Shown: in pieces, positions 1-7,116 of the stretch
Position numbering within the stretch: position 1 is the first letter of the stretch
Layout of the letters: every line of letters begins with the position of its first letter
From: Chloroflexota bacterium
GTDB taxonomy: Bacteria > Chloroflexota > Dehalococcoidia > GIF9 > AB-539-J10
DNA length: 34,093 bases
Assembly (NCBI GenBank): GCA_048621695.1
Contig: JBMCVZ010000002.1
Coordinates: 1-34,093 of the forward strand
Direction: 5' to 3'
The notes under the pieces: model-generated
What the model saw: the letters and a program-made list of their open reading frames with translations, nothing else
What the model was told of the DNA's origin: nothing
Databases searched by the model: none
Translations under genes and position numbers: made by a program

Positions 1-482
1 GGCTCCTGCGGGCTGAGGTATTTCTTGTGGAGTTTGCCGTTATTGTTCATCTCGCCGGTGGAGATGACTATAGGGGACAAGGTCCTGAAGGACATACGAG
101 ACTCGAAAGATGGCTGTCTCAATACCTCAACCTGTTCCACAATGAGCCGCTGCCCCGTCAAGGACAGGAAGCCTTGCTGCAAAATCCCGTGCGCCAGGCC
201 GGACACAAATTCTTCCCTGGGGGAGGAGATGAACCAGTCCATCTGGCCTTGCAGAATGAGACCCTCCTTGAGGGCCTTCCGCTGTGAGCAGAAGAGCGGG
301 GAGAAGGTGAATAACTTGAAGGCTTTGCTCTCATGATAAAAGCCTTCGTCATGGAGGAAATCTGAGAAAGAGGTATCAGCCCCACCCAGAAAGGAGTAAA
401 TAGCCGAAGCTAAGGGATAGTTATAGTTGTAAGAGAGCTTAAGTTTTCCTTTTTCCGGATGAAGAGAAATCCTAAACCTCAC
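1..482 (-). CDS. cas6: CRISPR-associated endoribonuclease Cas6, N-terminal ~160 codons (partial, runs off left edge)
   Basis: Absent from the ORF track because no stop lies inside the window. My minus-strand translation from GTG 482-480 reads VRFRISLHPEKGKLKLSYNYNYPLASAIYSFLGGADTSFSDFLHDEGFYHESKAFKLFTFSPLF...SFRTLSPIVISTGE and stays open to position 1. It reproduces the Cas6 N-terminal pattern (MRFxIxL, YNYxYxLxxxIY, FLHdxG, FKLFTFS, TLSPI) as I remember it from Pyrococcus-type Cas6. Confidence 0.8.
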   Translation of the reverse strand, partial: MRFRISLHPEKGKLKLSYNYNYPLASAIYSFLGGADTSFSDFLHDEGFYHESKAFKLFTFSPLFCSQRKALKEGLILQGQMDWFISSPREEFVSGLAHGILQQGFLSLTGQRLIVEQVEVLRQPSFESRMSFRTLSPIVISTGEMNNNGKLHKKYLSPQE

Positions 483-627
483 CAAATTAATTATATCATG
501 GCTACCCTTTGCCACAGGGTGAGGTGTAATCCAACTTTTTGCCCTGGAGGCCACAATAGCTAAGGTGTAGCGGGTAACTATGTGTGGTGGGTTGGGAAGC
601 ACGAGTGTTAAGAGGTTTATGCCTGAT

Positions 628-928
628 TCAGGAGGTCTTGACCTGGTACTTAGCTCTGCCTTCTTCGTAGAGGTCGCCGCCGTAGATGTCGTTTACTACC
701 GTAACAGGGAAGTCTTCTACTTCCATATTTTGTAGTGCGCCCCTTCAGAGTCTGGCCGTTCGTAACTCCCCTAGCCCCTCTTATCTTAAGAGGGGGACTG
801 CCCGGCACGAGGCTAAAGCCTCGCACTACGTTGTCGTTCATAACTCCCCTAACCTCTCTTATTATAAGGGTGGGATTGGCTTTTTTCAGGCGGCGGAGGG
901 CTTCAGCACCGAGCCCTTCGAATGGCCG
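628..928 (-). pseudogene. Remnant copy of the last ~46 codons of fumarate hydratase beta subunit, split by a repeat insertion
   Basis: 628-726 translates to MEVEDFPVTVVNDIYGGDLYEEGRAKYQVKTS*, versus LEVEDFPVTVVNDIYGGDLYEEGRARYQAKTG* in intact fumB. Positions 653-696 are identical to 2093-2136 (44 nt). 889-924 aligns with 2166-2201 (about 72% by hand count; encodes ..FEGLGAEALRRL versus YEELDTEALRRL). The two parts are separated by the 726-888 repeat block. Confidence 0.8.
726..888. repeat. Block of hairpin repeats (modules H1', H2, H1, H2) inserted in the fumB remnant
   Basis: H1 = GGCACGAGGCTAAAGCCTCGCACTAC at 804-829. H2 = CGTTCGTAACTCCCCTAGCCCCTCTTATCTTAAGAGGGG at about 766-800, with a diverged H2 at about 833-880. 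A degenerate inverted H1 lies at 732-757. None of this block exists at the equivalent point (2165/2166) of intact fumB. Confidence 0.8.
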
Positions 929-1255
929 TCAGGCAGTAACAAAACTAGGTGGAGCTATAGATGGCCAACCGTAATTTTCTATCTCTGGCTCTCTTGATGG
1001 TACTATAACATTCCAAGTTACTTCGATTCCCTGGGGAGAAGGTATTTCTAATCCTTTCTCTTGCAGCACTGAGATGTATAGCTCTGTGACCTCTCGAAGG
1101 TTGTAAACGGCTTCCTCTGGAGTGCTGCCGTGGCTCATGCAGCCTTCCAGTTCAGGGTGATAGGCCATAAAACACAGTTCGTTATCTGTCGTTACATCAG
1201 GAACTACAATAGTAGAGTAGGGTACGCCCGTATCCTTCTTAACCTTGTTTTCCAT
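929..1255 (-). CDS. hicB: HicB-family antitoxin (UPF0150-like fold, short form)
   Basis: YSTIVVPDVTTDNELCFMAYHPELEGCMSHGSTPEEAVYNLREVTELYI fits the HicB N-terminal pattern (Y.a..PEL.GC.s.G.T.EEA). I chose ATG 1255 because GGAGG lies 6 nt upstream (rc of 1262-1266). The gene overlaps the hicA stop by 17 nt. Confidence 0.7.
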   Translation of the reverse strand: MENKVKKDTGVPYSTIVVPDVTTDNELCFMAYHPELEGCMSHGSTPEEAVYNLREVTELYISVLQEKGLEIPSPQGIEVTWNVIVPSREPEIENYGWPSIAPPSFVTA

Positions 1256-1502
1256 GTTTAGCCTCCAATTCTTCAAGCCTCTTAGCAATTTCCAATGCGT
1301 GGTCAATATATCCTTTCGCTAGAGACCGAGACCGCGTCACGGTCGCTCTCAATTCTGGAAATTTCGGGTGAATATATACACGATGTTTAGCTCCTTCTCT
1401 AAACTCAAAACCCAATCCAACATACAGTTTTTCTAAGTCGTCAGCAGACCAACCGCTTTTGCTGCGGCGCATCCTTTCCAACAAGCGCCTAACTGGTGGC
1501 AT
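1239..1502 (-). CDS. hicA: HicA-family mRNA-interferase toxin-like protein
   Basis: Size is 87 aa. LGFEFREGAKHRVYIHPKFPELRATV resembles the HicA G-(S/A)-(K)H...H-P core. The toxin-first order, with an overlapping hicB downstream, is typical of hicAB. Confidence 0.65.
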   Translation of the reverse strand: MPPVRRLLERMRRSKSGWSADDLEKLYVGLGFEFREGAKHRVYIHPKFPELRATVTRSRSLAKGYIDHALEIAKRLEELEAKHGKQG

Positions 1503-1507
1503 TCATC

Positions 1508-1954
1508 TCAAGCCTTGGCCAGCGGAGGCGTATAGCTTACTCGGAAAGGCACTCTCTGTTTGGTTTCTCCCCCTATGAGAATGTAAAACACGTAGTCTCC
1601 CTCTGCGTCGAATTTCACGTTGTTGAAGCCCACGAGTGAATTTATTCGTACAAGTCTGCCCGGCTCGCCCTTTGGGACTTCAAGGTTACCCCGTACGGAC
1701 AGGAATTGGTTTGCAGCTTCATCTAATAGCTTGATCTCTACGTCCTTTCGTGTTTCCCATTCGGCTGGGCCTGCCTCTGCCTGCCATACCAATAGCATTT
1801 GAGGATGAACATAAGGAAGGACACGAGCATTTATGTGAGTGAAAAGACCCATCACATTCAACTTGCCGTCCCTAGTTACATTTGCGTAATCGGCTAGAAC
1901 CGCTAGAGTAACTTCCATACAAGCTAGAATATCACGAGGCCGATAATCATGCAA
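1508..1954 (-). CDS. Uncharacterised protein (136-148 aa), first gene of the hicAB cassette
   Basis: ORF with a TTG start at 1954, or an in-frame ATG at 1918 (MEVTLAVLADYANVTRDGKLNVMGLF...). Its stop lies 5 nt before the hicA ATG. The LADYA..DGKLN.mG.F start recalls a widespread uncharacterised bacterial family (possibly DUF6941-like, from memory and unverified). Confidence 0.5.
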   Translation of the reverse strand: MHDYRPRDILACMEVTLAVLADYANVTRDGKLNVMGLFTHINARVLPYVHPQMLLVWQAEAGPAEWETRKDVEIKLLDEAANQFLSVRGNLEVPKGEPGRLVRINSLVGFNNVKFDAEGDYVFYILIGGETKQRVPFRVSYTPPLAKA

Positions 1955-2067
1955 CCTGCGAATGTCTGTGCCTCACCCTAAACACGATGTCCTGCAAAAT
2001 TTGGTCTTGTCGTAATGGCAGGCGTTGACTAATCGGGTTCGTTACCTCGGAGCTTAAAGCACTTAGT

Positions 2068-2634
2068 TCACCCTGTTTTAGCCTGGTATCTGGCTCTGCC
2101 TTCTTCGTAGAGGTCGCCGCCGTAGATGTCGTTTACGACGGTGACAGGAAAATCCTCCACCTCCAGACGGCGAAGGGCTTCAGTGTCAAGTTCTTCGTAG
2201 GCTATCACCTCTGCTTTTCGGATGCTTCCAGAAAGCAGAGCGCCAGCACCGCCGATTGCACCCAGGTAGACTGCCTTGTATTTTATCATGGCATCCTTGA
2301 CCGCTTTTGACCGCGAGCCTTTGCCGATCATCCCTTTCAACCCTTCGGCAATCAGGCGAGGAGTATAGGCATCCATCCTCCCACTGGTGGTGGGACCAGC
2401 CGAGCCGATTACTCTCCCCGGCCTGGCCGGAGTGGGACCCATGTAATAGATGGTGGCTCCCTTGATATCAAAGGGCAGAGGCTTTCCCTGATCCAGAGCT
2501 TGCAGCATCCGTTTATGCGCGGCATCGCGGGCAGTATAGATGACTCCTGTAAGTAAAAGACTATCCCCGGCTCTAAGGTCTTTCAAGGCCTCGTCAGTTA
2601 ATGGGAGCGTAATTTTCTTTGCCACAGCTCTCAC
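2068..2634 (-). CDS. fumB: Class I (Fe-S) fumarate hydratase, beta subunit / C-terminal domain
   Basis: 188 aa with LLLTGVIYTARDAAHKR and GPTTSGRMD, as expected of the Fe-S hydro-lyase beta subunit. GTG start. Same strand as the alpha subunit. Confidence 0.9.
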   Translation of the reverse strand: MRAVAKKITLPLTDEALKDLRAGDSLLLTGVIYTARDAAHKRMLQALDQGKPLPFDIKGATIYYMGPTPARPGRVIGSAGPTTSGRMDAYTPRLIAEGLKGMIGKGSRSKAVKDAMIKYKAVYLGAIGGAGALLSGSIRKAEVIAYEELDTEALRRLEVEDFPVTVVNDIYGGDLYEEGRARYQAKTG

Positions 2635-2647
2635 CTCTCTTCTTGGA

Positions 2648-2832
2648 GCAAGAGGCCAAAGCCTCGCACTACATTCATAATTCTAAATTCCATAGTGCGA
2701 CCATTCAGGGTCGTGCGGCACGAGGCTAAAGCCTCGCACCACATTCGTGTTCGTAACTCCCCCTAGCCCCTCTTATCCTAAGAGGGGAATTGTTTGGCGC
2801 CAAGGAGCACGAGGCTAAAGCCTCGCACTACA
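2648..2832. repeat. Cluster of H1/H1'/H2 hairpin repeats in the fumA-fumB intercistronic gap
   Basis: H1 copies lie at 2648-2672 (degenerate), 2717-2742 and 2806-2832. Inverted variant H1' is at 2692-2716 (TAGTGCGACCATTCAGGGTCGTGC). H2 is at about 2745-2790. The 2717-2793 unit is about 80% identical to 804-880. Confidence 0.85.
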
Positions 2833-2940
2833 CTTTCGAGTTATGCCAGCACTCGACATTTACGGTTTGCATTGGCCACCTCTATTAACAGTCTGTATTG
2901 GGCCTTTGCGTCTTTGCTTCAAGCGCGGTCTCTACTTTAT

Positions 2941-3798
2941 TCACAGGACTGCTTCTTCACGGCGGTCGCACCAGCACTGCATGTTAACTGCCACCGGTAG
3001 ACTGGTAATATGGCAAGGGAAGGTCTCTACGTGAACCGCTAAAGCGGTAACTGTGCCGCCATAGCCCATGGCACCAATGCCCAGATTGTTAACTCTCCCC
3101 AGAATCTCTTTCTCTAATTCGGCAACCTCATGGTCGGGGCTTGGTTCGCCAACTTTACGCAACAATGCCTTTTTGGCTATAAACATAGCCTTGTCCGTCG
3201 TTCCACCTATGCCGACTCCGATAATAACCGGCGGGCAAGCGTTGCTACCTACTGCATCCACAAGGTGCACGACAAAATTTATCACCCCCTGGCGCCCCTG
3301 CGCGGGAGTCAGGACGGTCAGACGAGAACAATTCTCTGAGCCACCTCCCTTGGCCAAAATGCTGATTTTAAGCCTATCTCCGGGAACTATATCGGTATGA
3401 ATCATAGCTGGTGTGTTATCCCTGGTGTTTACCCTGGCGAAACAAGGCTGGCTCACTATGGATTTACGCAAATAACCCTTGTCGTACCCCTGGCGTACTC
3501 CTTCGTTGATTGCAGTGTAGAGGTCGCCGCCGATTATGTGTACTTCCTGACCCAGTTCCAACATGACCACTGCAGCACCAGTGTCCTCGCAAATGGGAAT
3601 CTGTTCCCTATCAGCGATTTCTACGTTTTTCAAGAGTTTGTCCAATACATCACGGCAAACAGGGGACTTTTCTTTTTCCCTTGCTTGCTTCACAGCCACT
3701 ATCACATCGGGGCACAAATAATAGCAGGAATGCACAAATAACCTGGCTATGGTGTGGGTTACGTCACCAGCCTGAATTTCTCTCATTGCACCTAACAT
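2941..3798 (-). CDS. fumA: Class I (Fe-S) fumarate hydratase, alpha subunit / N-terminal domain
   Basis: 285 aa with IPICEDTGAAVV (the CxDTG motif) and GVGIGGT. The start could be M1 or M5 (MREIQ). Confidence 0.9.
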   Translation of the reverse strand: MLGAMREIQAGDVTHTIARLFVHSCYYLCPDVIVAVKQAREKEKSPVCRDVLDKLLKNVEIADREQIPICEDTGAAVVMLELGQEVHIIGGDLYTAINEGVRQGYDKGYLRKSIVSQPCFARVNTRDNTPAMIHTDIVPGDRLKISILAKGGGSENCSRLTVLTPAQGRQGVINFVVHLVDAVGSNACPPVIIGVGIGGTTDKAMFIAKKALLRKVGEPSPDHEVAELEKEILGRVNNLGIGAMGYGGTVTALAVHVETFPCHITSLPVAVNMQCWCDRREEAVL

Positions 3799-3801
3799 TC
3801 A

Positions 3802-4728
3802 TCATAAGCCCATAACGTCGACCAATTCTCGCACGGCATCGGCTGATTTCCTTAATGCAGCATCTTCTTCGGGAGCCAAATCAAGCTCTATTATCTGCTC
3901 AACACCGTTTTTACCCAATTTGACAGGAACGCCTACAACCACTCCATCGAGGCCATATTCTCCCTCCAGATAGGCAGCGCAGGGTAATGTCTCCTTAGTA
4001 TCCAGAATTATGGCATCCACCATTTTAGTTACGGCTGCTGCTGGGGCATAATAGGCACTGCCAGTTTTAAGCAAGCTCACTACTTCACCTCCGCCCCTAA
4101 CTGTGCGCTCCACCAAGCTATCAATCTTCTCTTTAGGCAACAGTTCGGTAATAGGAACACCGTCAACCGTACAAAGCCTGGTGATTGGCACCATTGTATC
4201 ACCATGCCCGCCTAAAACACAGGTGGATACATCCTTTACTGAGACATCGAGTTCTTGAGCGATGAAAGCACGAAGCCTGGCAGTGTCGAGGATACCAGAC
4301 TGTCCAACTACTCTATTCCGGGGGAACCTGCTTATATGGAGAGCTAACTGAGTCATAGCATCTACAGGATTGGTCACCACGATAATTATGCAGTTAGATG
4401 AATGCCCGACAACTTTCTCGGTGACCTCCCGGACTATTTTCATGTTGGTGAGCACCAGGTCATCCCGGCTCATCCCAGGTTTACGGGCTATACCCGATGT
4501 AATGACTACAATATCCGAATTGGCAGTCTCTTCATAGTCATTAGTTCCAATAACCTTCACGTCCGAATCGATTATGGGGGTGGCCTCCAGTATATCCAGC
4601 CCCTTGCCCTGAGCAAGCCCTTCAACTATGTCCAGTAATACAATGTCCGCATACCCGTTTCCAGCAATTCTGAAGGCACAGGTGGCACCGACATTCCCAG
4701 CGCCAATTATGGAAACCTTGCCGTGCAA
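3802..4728 (-). CDS. mdh: Malate dehydrogenase (LDH-like, NAD-dependent)
   Basis: [11 protein letters not shown] Rossmann motif, [11 protein letters not shown], and [14 protein letters not shown] start with AGGAAG about 10 nt upstream. Its stop lies 3 nt from the fumA start. Confidence 0.9.
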   Translation of the reverse strand: MHGKVSIIGAGNVGATCAFRIAGNGYADIVLLDIVEGLAQGKGLDILEATPIIDSDVKVIGTNDYEETANSDIVVITSGIARKPGMSRDDLVLTNMKIVREVTEKVVGHSSNCIIIVVTNPVDAMTQLALHISRFPRNRVVGQSGILDTARLRAFIAQELDVSVKDVSTCVLGGHGDTMVPITRLCTVDGVPITELLPKEKIDSLVERTVRGGGEVVSLLKTGSAYYAPAAAVTKMVDAIILDTKETLPCAAYLEGEYGLDGVVVGVPVKLGKNGVEQIIELDLAPEEDAALRKSADAVRELVDVMGL

Positions 4729-4786
4729 TTGTATTTACTTCCTTTTTGGTTCCTCTTATGTTGCCTCTTCAAACATGAGGACAAAT

Positions 4787-6775
4787 TTATACAATGACAG
4801 CTAATGTATCTCCCGTGTTCACTGATTGCCCGGGTTTTAAGCTGATTTCCTTAACCACTCCATCGATGGGGGAAGCTATGGTATTTTGCATCTTCATTGC
4901 CTCCAGGATAAGCAGCGTATCACCAGCCTTTACCTTATCATCTACACTAACTAAATAGCGGATAATCATACCGGGCATGGGAGCCGGCACCTCTGTCCCA
5001 TGAGTAACTCCAGCAGGCGGTGCTTTCTTTTCCTCCACCTGTGGTTGTGCCTCTATAGTTGTAGATGGTGTGGGCGAAGGGTCAACGGCACCTGGACGTG
5101 GAGAAACAGTAATGGTTGGAGAACCACCCACAGCCTCGACATCCACTTCATAGTATTCACCCTCAACAAATACATTGAATGTTCTTACACCGGGCCCCCT
5201 CTCAGGCGCCGCTTTTTCTGGCTTTTCCGACAGCTTACCAGCTTTAGCTCTGGCGATTAGCTCATCCTCTTTTTTCACCTCCTCAAGAGTCTTAGGTGCG
5301 CGGGGAGGTTTCCAATCGTCGGGGATAGTTTTATCCATGCCATATTTATATCTCAAGAAGCGAGAGCCGGTAGTGGGATAAAGGGCATAGATAAGCACAT
5401 CCTGAATACTCTTGGCAAACTCTTCGGACTCCTTCCTGGCTTCTTCGAGTTCTGGTTCTAGCATATCAGCGGCCCGGCAGTCGATTGGCTCTTCACCCCT
5501 CTCATAGCCATTGAGCACCACTTTCTGGACTTTCTTATCGATCGGTGCCGGTGATCTACCGTAAAGCCCCCAGCAATAATCCTTGGTTTCTTTGGGGATC
5601 ATCTTATAGCGTCCAGCCAGGACATTTTGCACCGCCTGAACGCCAACGATCTGGCTTGTAGGTGTAACCAGAGGAGGGTAACCAAGTTCTGCTCTGGTTT
5701 TAGCAGTTTCCGCTCTAACTTCATCCAGCTTCTCCAGAGCATTGGCCTGCTTCAGCTGTGCCACGAGGTTTGTGGTCATGCCACCAGGAATTTGGTGCAG
5801 CAGCACTCCAGTATCGATGACCGACATTGCCGATGTGTCCAAGAAATCTCTGTATTTAGGGGCGATTTGCTCCAACATCTGGGCACACTTAAATAGTTGT
5901 TCAATGTCGAGCCCTGTATCCCTGTCTGTACCGTACAGTGCAACTACCAGAGGTTCGATAGCCGGTTGCGAGGAGCGTAAAGCAAAGGGAGATAAAGCAG
6001 TGTCAATGATATCAACGCCAGCCTCAATGGCTTTTAACAAAGACATAGAAGCCTGTCCACTGGTGTAGTGAGTGTGCAACTCAACAGGGACCTTCAGGTT
6101 TTGTTTAAGAGCTTTTACCAGCTCATAGGCATCATAGGGAGAAATAAGTCCAGCCTGATCCTTAATACAGATAGAGTCAGCACCCATGTCCCGGAGGGCA
6201 AGAGCTTTCTTGACATAGTATTCCAAATCATAGACCGGTCCACCCATCCTTGGCTGAGTCAGCGAATAACATATAGCTCCCTGGTAGTGTTTACCTGCCT
6301 TCTTAATTGCGTTGGCAGCACGTTCGTGATTACGCTCGTCATTTACAGCATCGAAAACACGGAAAATATCAATGCCCACTTCGGCAGCCTGTTCTACAAA
6401 GGCATCGACTAAATCATCGGGGTGATTTCGATAAGCAACTAAATTTTGCCCCCGTAAAAGCATCTGTAGCGGAGTATCAGGCATGAGTTTCTTCAATTTG
6501 CGAGGTCTGTCCCAGGGGTCTTCACCCAGGAAACGATGAGGCACGTCAAATGTTGCCCCTCCCCAAACTTCCATAGAGTAGAAGCCACATTGATTCATTT
6601 CAGGTGCCATCCATTCCATATCTTCAGTTTGCATCCTGGTAGCCAATGTGCATTGATGCCCATCACGAAAGGTGGTGTCACATACTTTGACCGGGTTTTT
6701 GGCCTTCGGCCTCGTCTTAACCTTATCGGTAGTTAGATCTTTGGCCAAAATTGGGCCTTTTCCTAATTCGTTCAT
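4787..6775 (-). CDS. 5S-type carboxyltransferase fused to a biotinyl carrier domain (oxaloacetate decarboxylase alpha / pyruvate carboxylase subunit B / transcarboxylase 5S family)
   Basis: 662 aa. The N-terminus carries CDTTFRDGHQC, the HMGL-like carboxyltransferase signature. A Pro/Ala-rich linker follows. The C-terminus carries the LILEAMKMQN biotinylation motif. Confidence 0.85.
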   Translation of the reverse strand: MNELGKGPILAKDLTTDKVKTRPKAKNPVKVCDTTFRDGHQCTLATRMQTEDMEWMAPEMNQCGFYSMEVWGGATFDVPHRFLGEDPWDRPRKLKKLMPDTPLQMLLRGQNLVAYRNHPDDLVDAFVEQAAEVGIDIFRVFDAVNDERNHERAANAIKKAGKHYQGAICYSLTQPRMGGPVYDLEYYVKKALALRDMGADSICIKDQAGLISPYDAYELVKALKQNLKVPVELHTHYTSGQASMSLLKAIEAGVDIIDTALSPFALRSSQPAIEPLVVALYGTDRDTGLDIEQLFKCAQMLEQIAPKYRDFLDTSAMSVIDTGVLLHQIPGGMTTNLVAQLKQANALEKLDEVRAETAKTRAELGYPPLVTPTSQIVGVQAVQNVLAGRYKMIPKETKDYCWGLYGRSPAPIDKKVQKVVLNGYERGEEPIDCRAADMLEPELEEARKESEEFAKSIQDVLIYALYPTTGSRFLRYKYGMDKTIPDDWKPPRAPKTLEEVKKEDELIARAKAGKLSEKPEKAAPERGPGVRTFNVFVEGEYYEVDVEAVGGSPTITVSPRPGAVDPSPTPSTTIEAQPQVEEKKAPPAGVTHGTEVPAPMPGMIIRYLVSVDDKVKAGDTLLILEAMKMQNTIASPIDGVVKEISLKPGQSVNTGDTLAVIV

Positions 6776-6869
6776 AAATTACTCCTTTCAGTCATTACAG
6801 GTTTTTTCTTTCTTTTCATCGTGAACATGGCGCAGAATCTGGCCCTTTTACTAGCCTCTTCGCCTGGGT

Positions 6870-7094
6870 TTAGAGCTTAATTTCAGGATAGCCGCCAAAT
6901 ACCATCGCTCTAGCAATGATTTCTCGCTGCCAGAGCATTCTCATCAACTCCTCATGCCCGGAACTATCCCGTGAGCCTGAGACCATCACTGGCCTTTGCT
7001 GAAGCATTGCTGGCCTCACAGCCTTTTCTTCCTCGTCCATGTAGGCAGCCACAGCAGCGGTAACGGCAGCTATTGTTCCTTTTTTGTTTTTCAA
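6870..7094 (-). CDS. Small hypothetical protein between the two carboxyltransferase genes (possibly a small-subunit-like protein)
   Basis: 74-aa ORF in operon position. The Ala-rich IAAVTAAVAAYM stretch recalls small gamma/delta subunits of biotin-dependent decarboxylases, but no clear transmembrane helix is visible. Weak call. Confidence 0.35.
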   Translation of the reverse strand: MKNKKGTIAAVTAAVAAYMDEEEKAVRPAMLQQRPVMVSGSRDSSGHEELMRMLWQREIIARAMVFGGYPEIKL

Positions 7095-7116
7095 TTACGT
7101 CTCTGTTTAAACTTCT

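Noticed and set aside
727-2835. The repeated GGCACGAGGCTAAAGCCTCGCAC hairpins near cas6 might be a CRISPR array.
   Set aside because: Copy spacing is irregular (for example 69 and 89 nt in the 2648-2832 cluster). Copies occur in both orientations. The intervening 'spacers' are themselves repeated modules (H2, H1'). This is REP/MITE-like behaviour, not a repeat-spacer array.
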